From assembly GCA_903916665.1 (NCBI GenBank), contig CAIWXP010000169.1:1-5379 (forward strand): a stretch of DNA of 5,379 nucleotides. Reading direction: 5' to 3'. Below, piece by piece: positions 1 to 4,168 of this stretch. Origin of the DNA: Candidatus Iainarchaeum sp. (GTDB lineage: Archaea > Iainarchaeota > Iainarchaeia > Iainarchaeales > 0-14-0-20-30-16). Each line of letters starts with the position of its first letter. Positions within the stretch are counted from its first letter, which is position 1. A program made the position numbers and the translations under genes. The notes under the pieces are model-generated. The model saw only the letters and a program-made list of their open reading frames with translations. It was not told the origin of the DNA and made no database searches.

Positions 1-300
1 AATTAAAGGTAAAATTTTATTTTTAATTAATAATGAAAACGTATTTTTATCAAAACCTTTTCCTTTGTAGTCAAAAGGATTAATTATATAATCAATTTTT
101 TTATTTACCCAAAAAGATATGCTATCCGCGTTATTTGATAAAACTGCACACTTTGTTAAATTTTGAAGTTTTGTAAAATATTTTGCATCTTCTTGATTTC
201 TAAATAATACAATGGAATTAGTGTTTTTGGGTAATTTAGAATACTCACTTGCAAATACAAAATAAGTGTTATTATATTTATAAAAATAATTAAAATTCAT
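1..300 (-). CDS. rnp3: probable ribonuclease P protein component 3 (Rpp30 family), N-terminal 100 codons only; ORF runs off the left edge of the window
   Basis: Hand translation of the reverse complement from the ATG (complement of 298-300) gives 100 sense codons with no stop down to position 1: MNFNYFYKYNNTYFVFASEYSKLPKNTNSIVLFRNQEDAKYFTKLQNLTKCAVLSNNADSISFWVNKKIDYIINPFDYKGKGFDKNTFSLLIKNKILPLI. It is absent from the ORF track because it has no in-window stop. From memory, the segment KCAVLSNN...KIDYIINPFDYKGKGFDKNTFSLLIKNKI resembles the conserved core of archaeal Rpp30 (pattern D-x-I-x-x-P-x7/8-G-[IF]-D-x5-L-x5-[VI]). Rpp30 directly follows L15e in the conserved archaeal exosome/RNase P superoperon. 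There is no Shine-Dalgarno motif before this ATG, so the start is uncertain. Not verified by any search. Confidence 0.5.
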   Translation of the reverse strand, partial: MNFNYFYKYNNTYFVFASEYSKLPKNTNSIVLFRNQEDAKYFTKLQNLTKCAVLSNNADSISFWVNKKIDYIINPFDYKGKGFDKNTFSLLIKNKILPLI

Positions 301-317
301 AAAAGAATAAGATAAGA

Positions 318-332
318 AAGGCTTAAAGCCTT
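318..332 (-). terminator. short hairpin overlapping the rpl15e stop codon, followed by a T-rich run on the minus strand (possible partial terminator or processing site before the downstream ORF)
   Basis: AAGGCT-TAA-AGCCTT is a perfect 6-bp stem with a 3-nt loop (318-332). On the minus strand it is followed by TCTTATCTTATTCTTTT. The stem is short, so this call is weak. Confidence 0.2.
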
Positions 333-891
333 ACTTTTTAGTAGTCTGTTTAACTTTTCTTAATCCTCTGGTCTTTTTACCTGCGCTAGTTAATCCTCTT
401 TCTGCTCTACCCTTGGTTGCTAACATATTAGTATATTTTTTATCTTTAACTAATTCAGGTTGATTTTTACTAGCTAAAATTACTTCATAGTACTTATGTT
501 TTCCATCTTCACCAACAAAGTATGAGTTGATTACTTCACAATTAGGATGTTTAGTAGAAGCTCTTAATTCAGCTATTCTTTGAACACTAATATTTCTTGT
601 TAATTTTTTAAAACCCATTCTCTTAGGTCTTCTTCCATTGTGTTCAGGAATAAATAAACCACCACCTCTGTGTACTCTTACAACAGCTGTGAATATTCCC
701 TTTTTAGCTTTATAGCCCAATGCTTTAGCTCTTACTACATTTATTGGAGATTCCATTTTTGTTACTGTACTTTCAAATTTTCTAAAGTCCATTAATCTTT
801 GTTTATAGGTTTCTCTATAGTTATAGTTTGCATCTTCTTTTTTGGCAAAGATTTTAGCCATAGTTTTCTTAAATTCTTTTGTAAATGACAT
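331..891 (-). CDS. rpl15e: 50S ribosomal protein L15e
   Basis: 186-aa ORF from the track. The core PINVVRAKALGYKAKKGIFTAVVRVHRGGG...NGRRPKRMG and the basic C-terminal tail match the L15e family signature (archaeal ...LGYKAKQG...VRVRRGG...). An AAGGTG Shine-Dalgarno-like motif on the minus strand (complement of 897-902) lies 5 nt before the ATG. Every Arg codon I sampled is AGA. The length is typical of archaeal rather than eukaryotic L15e. Confidence 0.92.
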   Translation of the reverse strand: MSFTKEFKKTMAKIFAKKEDANYNYRETYKQRLMDFRKFESTVTKMESPINVVRAKALGYKAKKGIFTAVVRVHRGGGLFIPEHNGRRPKRMGFKKLTRNISVQRIAELRASTKHPNCEVINSYFVGEDGKHKYYEVILASKNQPELVKDKKYTNMLATKGRAERGLTSAGKKTRGLRKVKQTTKK

Positions 892-944
892 AATAACACC
901 TTAAATATTGTTACCTACTAAATTAGTACATCTTAGAGATTCTT

Positions 945-990
945 AAAAAGTAGTTATATATATTTTATATATAAGAGTTTATAAACTTAA
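945..990. promoter_or_regulatory. TATA-like A/T block in the divergent rpl15e / mutS intergenic region (candidate bidirectional archaeal promoter region)
   Basis: AAAAAGTAGTTATATATATTTTATATATAAGAGTTTATAAAC. It contains near-palindromic TATATA runs usable in either direction, and TTTATAAA (978-985), which resembles the archaeal TATA consensus TTTAWATA. A transcription start about 25 nt downstream of 978-985 would fall at the start of the 1009-1045 inverted repeat. In DNA this AT-rich such matches are common by chance. Confidence 0.3.
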
Positions 991-1008
991 CCTGTGATTA
1001 TATGCCCG

Positions 1009-1045
1009 GTTGTTAATTTTTGATTTAAAGATCAAAAATTACAAC
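1009..1045 (+). promoter_or_regulatory. imperfect inverted repeat in the mutS upstream/leader region (candidate operator or 5'-UTR hairpin)
   Basis: GTTGTTAATTTTTGAT (1009-1024), TTAAAG loop, ATCAAAAATTACAAC (1031-1045). Eleven perfect base pairs adjoin the loop, extending to 15 bp with one bulged T. The repeat ends 25 nt before the mutS ATG and just upstream of the GTGAT SD motif. Confidence 0.35.
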
Positions 1046-1070
1046 AGATTCATAAAATAGAAGTGATTTT

Positions 1071-3566
1071 ATGCAAGATGAATTAACCCCTGCTTTGAAG
1101 CAATTTTTAAATATAAAGAAAGAATACCCTGAATCCATTTTACTATTTCGCATGGGCGATTTCTATGAATGCTTTTTTGAAGACGCTAAATTAGCTTCAC
1201 AAATATTAAACATAACCTTAACAAAGCGAGGGACCAAAGCACAGGTACCTTTGGCAGGAATTCCGTTTCATGCATTAAACCCTTATTTAAAAAAACTTAT
1301 CAATGCGAATAAAACCGTAACAATTATCGAACAAATGGAAGATACCAAGTTGGCCAAAGGAAGAATAGTAAAGCGGGAAGTAGTTAGAACAGTAACTCCC
1401 GGAACAATAATTGAAGAAGATTTTTTAGATTCCAAAACCAATAATTATTTGTTATCTATTTATAAAAATGATAAAATAGGTTTGGTTTTTGTAGATATAT
1501 CAACAGGAGAGTTTTTTGTATTTGAAAGTGATGATAATTCTATTTTAACTGACCTGATAAAAATAAATCCTGCAGAAATATTGATTCCAGATTCATTTGA
1601 TTCCGTTTTAAAAGTAAATATTCAAAAAGTATTAAATTCAAAAATAACTGAGCAACCATTTATTTATTACAACAAAGATTTTGGCGAGGAAAAAATAAAA
1701 GAAACTTTTAATATAATTTCCTTGAAATCATTCGAATTAGAAAATCATGATGAAATAATTGGAGCAGTAGGTGCTTTACTGCAATATATCGAATATACCC
1801 AAAAATCCAAATTAAAGAATGTGTCAAAAATTAGATTTTTTAATAAAGAGAAATATTTAGTATTGGATGCACATACCATAAAAAATTTAGAATTGTTACA
1901 AAATTCAGATGGTAATATAAAAAATACATTATTAGAAACAATTGATTTTACAAAAACATCAATGGGCTCAAGATTTTTAAAAAAGAATTTGGTTTTGCCA
2001 TTAAAAAGGAAAGAAGATATAGAGTATAGGTTAAATATTGTTGAAAAATTAATTAATTTAAAAACTGAACAGAATTTATCAGAATATTTATCTCAAATAA
2101 ACGATTTAGAAAGGTTAGCTTCTAAAGTAATGTATTCTAGTGCTAGTCCAAGAGATTTACTCGCAATAAAGCAAAGCATTGGTGTGATTTTGCCTTTAAA
2201 ATCCTATATTGATTTGCTAAATATTGATGATTTATCTTTTGAAATTGATGAAAAAATAATTGAATTATCGCATCTAATTGAGTCTGCAATTATTAATGAT
2301 TGTCCTGCAAATTATAAAGAAGGACATTTTATTAAAAGCGGGTTTAATAAAGATTTAGATGATTTAACAAATATAAAAACAAATTTAAAAGATGTTTTAT
2401 TGCAAATGGAATTAAAAGAAAAAGAAAAAACAGGAATTAAATCATTGCGTATAGGTTATAATAGATTATTTGGTTTTTATTTTGAGTTGCCAAAATCGCA
2501 GGCAAATGATTTGCCACCCTATTTTGTTAGAAAACAAACATTGGCAAATGTTGAACGCCTAATAACCGAGGAATTAAAAAACTTAGAAAATAGTGTTTTA
2601 GGCGCAGAAGAAAAATCTAAGAATATTGAATTAGAATTGTTTAATCAAATCTTAGAAGAAACAAAAAAAGTTGTTAAATTTATTTATGAATTGGCAAATA
2701 ATATAATACAGATTGATTTTTTTAATTCTTTAAGTACCTGTGCATCAAAATATCATTATACAAAACCCAAAATAAATAATGAAAAAAAGTTATTTATAAA
2801 AAATGGAAGACATTGCATAATAGAAAGAATAGAATTAGAAAGGTTTATTCCCAACGATTTATTAATGAATTCTGAAGATCAAAATATTTTGGTTATAACT
2901 GGTCCTAACATGGCTGGTAAAAGTACCTATTTGCGACAAAATGCTTTAATAATTTTATTAGGTCATTTAGGTTCCTATGTGCCCTGCGATGAAAGTGATA
3001 TTTGTACGTTTGATAGAATATTTACACGAATAGGTGCCAGCGATAATTTGGCACTAGGATTAAGCACTTTTATGGTCGAAATGGTTGAAACTGCAAACAT
3101 TTTAAACAACGCAACAGAAAATAGTTTTATTATTTTAGATGAAATTGGTAGGGGTACATCAACCTATGATGGGATGAGTATTGCCTGGGCAATTTTAGAG
3201 CATATTTATACAAAAATTAATGCAAAAACACTCTTTGCAACCCATTATCATCAATTAATGCAGTTGGAACAGGATTTTAAAGGTATAAAGAATTACCATA
3301 TTTCAGTGAAAGAAATAGAAGGTAATTTGGTTTTTTTAAGAAAGTTGGAACAGGGGCCTTTGGACAAAAGTTATGGTATTCAGGTGGCAAAATTAGCTGG
3401 TTTGCCTCGCGGAGTTATAGAGCGGGCCAAAGAAATTGAAGCAAACCTAGATAAAAAGAATGATGTAAATATAAATAACGAGATAATTGATCATTCGAAC
3501 CAAAAAACCAATTCAAATGATATTAAATCAAATAAATCTAGTGTTCAAAAGACACTTTTGGGGTGA
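1071..3566 (+). CDS. mutS: DNA mismatch repair protein MutS (bacterial MutS1 type, full length, 831 aa)
   Basis: N-terminal mismatch-recognition motif GDFYE (Phe-X-Glu, nt 1155-1169). Walker A GPNMAGKST (nt 2901-2927). Walker B region IILDEIGRGTST (DE at 3138-3143). FATHYH, and C-terminal helix-turn-helix SYGIQVAKLAGLP. A GTGAT SD-like motif at 1063-1067 lies 3 nt before the ATG. Confidence 0.95.
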   Translation: MQDELTPALKQFLNIKKEYPESILLFRMGDFYECFFEDAKLASQILNITLTKRGTKAQVPLAGIPFHALNPYLKKLINANKTVTIIEQMEDTKLAKGRIVKREVVRTVTPGTIIEEDFLDSKTNNYLLSIYKNDKIGLVFVDISTGEFFVFESDDNSILTDLIKINPAEILIPDSFDSVLKVNIQKVLNSKITEQPFIYYNKDFGEEKIKETFNIISLKSFELENHDEIIGAVGALLQYIEYTQKSKLKNVSKIRFFNKEKYLVLDAHTIKNLELLQNSDGNIKNTLLETIDFTKTSMGSRFLKKNLVLPLKRKEDIEYRLNIVEKLINLKTEQNLSEYLSQINDLERLASKVMYSSASPRDLLAIKQSIGVILPLKSYIDLLNIDDLSFEIDEKIIELSHLIESAIINDCPANYKEGHFIKSGFNKDLDDLTNIKTNLKDVLLQMELKEKEKTGIKSLRIGYNRLFGFYFELPKSQANDLPPYFVRKQTLANVERLITEELKNLENSVLGAEEKSKNIELELFNQILEETKKVVKFIYELANNIIQIDFFNSLSTCASKYHYTKPKINNEKKLFIKNGRHCIIERIELERFIPNDLLMNSEDQNILVITGPNMAGKSTYLRQNALIILLGHLGSYVPCDESDICTFDRIFTRIGASDNLALGLSTFMVEMVETANILNNATENSFIILDEIGRGTSTYDGMSIAWAILEHIYTKINAKTLFATHYHQLMQLEQDFKGIKNYHISVKEIEGNLVFLRKLEQGPLDKSYGIQVAKLAGLPRGVIERAKEIEANLDKKNDVNINNEIIDHSNQKTNSNDIKSNKSSVQKTLLG

Positions 3567-3570
3567 TACT

Positions 3571-4029
3571 ATGGGATTATTTAATAAAATAAAAAATGCT
3601 TTTTCAAAACAGGAAGATTTTCCAGAAGAAAGAACTATGAGAAGAGTATCTGTTCCAGTTATGGCAAGAACTGAGCAATCACAGGATGCAGATCATAGAA
3701 AAAATATAGAAGAATCATTGACACAAATGTATAGAGATTTTTCAGCAAAAAGAGTTACATTACCTACATTATTGGATGCATTATATGATTTAGAAGGTAA
3801 AATTAAAGCTGCTGACCCAATAGCAAAAAGTAAACAATTACCTAGTAGTTTATATGGTGTATTTACAAGTACCAACGAAATAAAAATTCAAAGAGCAATT
3901 GCAGAAATTATGAGAGCTTTATCACTTCAAGGTAATAGCGACGCCATAAGAATTGCAAAAATGTTAAATCAATTGGTTAATGATCATGTAACAAAAGATG
4001 TATTGACCAAAGCAATTAATAGAGAATAA
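3571..4029 (+). CDS. hypothetical small protein (152 aa), no family recognised; probably co-transcribed and translationally coupled with mutS
   Basis: I chose ATG 3571 rather than the track's 3487. A strong GGGGTGAT Shine-Dalgarno motif (3560-3567) lies 3 nt upstream, whereas the longer version would overlap mutS by 80 nt and has no SD. Protein: MGLFNKIKNAFSKQEDFPEERTMRRVSVPVMARTEQSQDADHRKNIEESLTQMYRDFSAKRVTLPTLLDALYDLEGKIKAADPIAKSKQLPSSLYGVFTSTNEIKIQRAIAEIMRALSLQGNSDAIRIAKMLNQLVNDHVTKDVLTKAINRE. Codon usage is coherent (all 11 Arg codons are AGA). A hairpin plus T-tract follows the stop. Confidence 0.7.
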   Translation: MGLFNKIKNAFSKQEDFPEERTMRRVSVPVMARTEQSQDADHRKNIEESLTQMYRDFSAKRVTLPTLLDALYDLEGKIKAADPIAKSKQLPSSLYGVFTSTNEIKIQRAIAEIMRALSLQGNSDAIRIAKMLNQLVNDHVTKDVLTKAINRE

Positions 4030-4049
4030 AACTAAACAAGTTTTATTAT

Positions 4050-4075
4050 GGCCTTTAAAATAAAGGTCCTTTTTT
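4050..4075 (+). terminator. hairpin plus T6 tract, intrinsic-terminator-like, downstream of the 152-aa ORF
   Basis: GGCCTTTA (4050-4057), AAA loop, TAAAGGTCC (4061-4069). This is an 8-bp stem with one bulged T (4067), followed immediately by TTTTTT (4070-4075), 21 nt after the stop codon at 4027-4029. Oligo-T tracts are also the archaeal termination signal. Confidence 0.55.
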
Positions 4076-4123
4076 ATATTTATTTATAGTATTTTATTTA
4101 TGCCTAATTGATAAATTTTAATA

Positions 4124-4131
4124 TTTATAAA
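4124..4131 (+). promoter_or_regulatory. TATA-like box upstream of mutL
   Basis: TTTATAAA, the same octamer as at 978-985, lies 38 nt upstream of the mutL ATG and downstream of the 4050-4075 terminator. A start site about 25 nt downstream would leave a short leader containing the GTGAT SD motif (4160-4164). The chance-match caveat for AT-rich DNA applies. Confidence 0.3.
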
Positions 4132-4168
4132 ATTTACAACGGGTCTTAAAAAATAAAATGTGATTTTT

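Noticed and set aside
298-333. The rpl15e stop codon (TAA, complement of 331-333) is in the same frame as the downstream ORF starting at 300, which could suggest stop-codon read-through or a fusion.
   Set aside because: Being in frame has a one-in-three chance. The 10 intervening codons are T-rich spacer overlapping a hairpin. L15e and Rpp30 are separate proteins in every archaeon I know of.
2663-2788. A7/T7 homopolymer runs inside mutS (2663-2669, 2717-2723, 2782-2788) as possible slippage switches producing a phase-variable mutator.
   Set aside because: Runs of 7 are expected by chance in a Lys/Phe/Asn-rich coding sequence at this AT content. They are below the length usually associated with efficient phase variation, and the frame is intact.
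3487-3570. A longer version of the small ORF starting at ATG 3487 (180 aa, as listed in the ORF track).
   Set aside because: It would overlap the mutS 3' end by 80 nt in another frame and has no SD motif. The extension (MIIRTKKPIQMILNQINLVFKRHFWGDT) looks like out-of-frame translation of the MutS tail. ATG 3571 has a near-perfect GGGGTGAT SD motif at optimal spacing.
3571-3605. The N-terminal MGLFNKIKNAF resembles the amphipathic N-termini of membrane-associated helical proteins (ESCRT-III/PspA-like proteins, some FtsY).
   Set aside because: The similarity is an 11-residue pattern only. The protein (152 aa) is shorter than those families, and I cannot see their downstream helical-hairpin signatures. 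It is not enough for a family call.
3835-3864. QLPSSLYGVF in the small protein as a possible PIP-box or clamp-binding motif.
   Set aside because: It does not fit Q-x-x-[LIVM]-x-x-[FY]-[FY] (position 4 is Ser, position 8 is Gly) and does not fit the QL[SD]LF pentapeptide. It is internal rather than terminal.
3693-3875. 60-aa minus-strand ORF.
   Set aside because: It lies entirely antisense to the better-supported 152-aa gene. It has a hydrophobic low-complexity composition typical of antisense frames in AT-rich DNA, and no SD motif or promoter.
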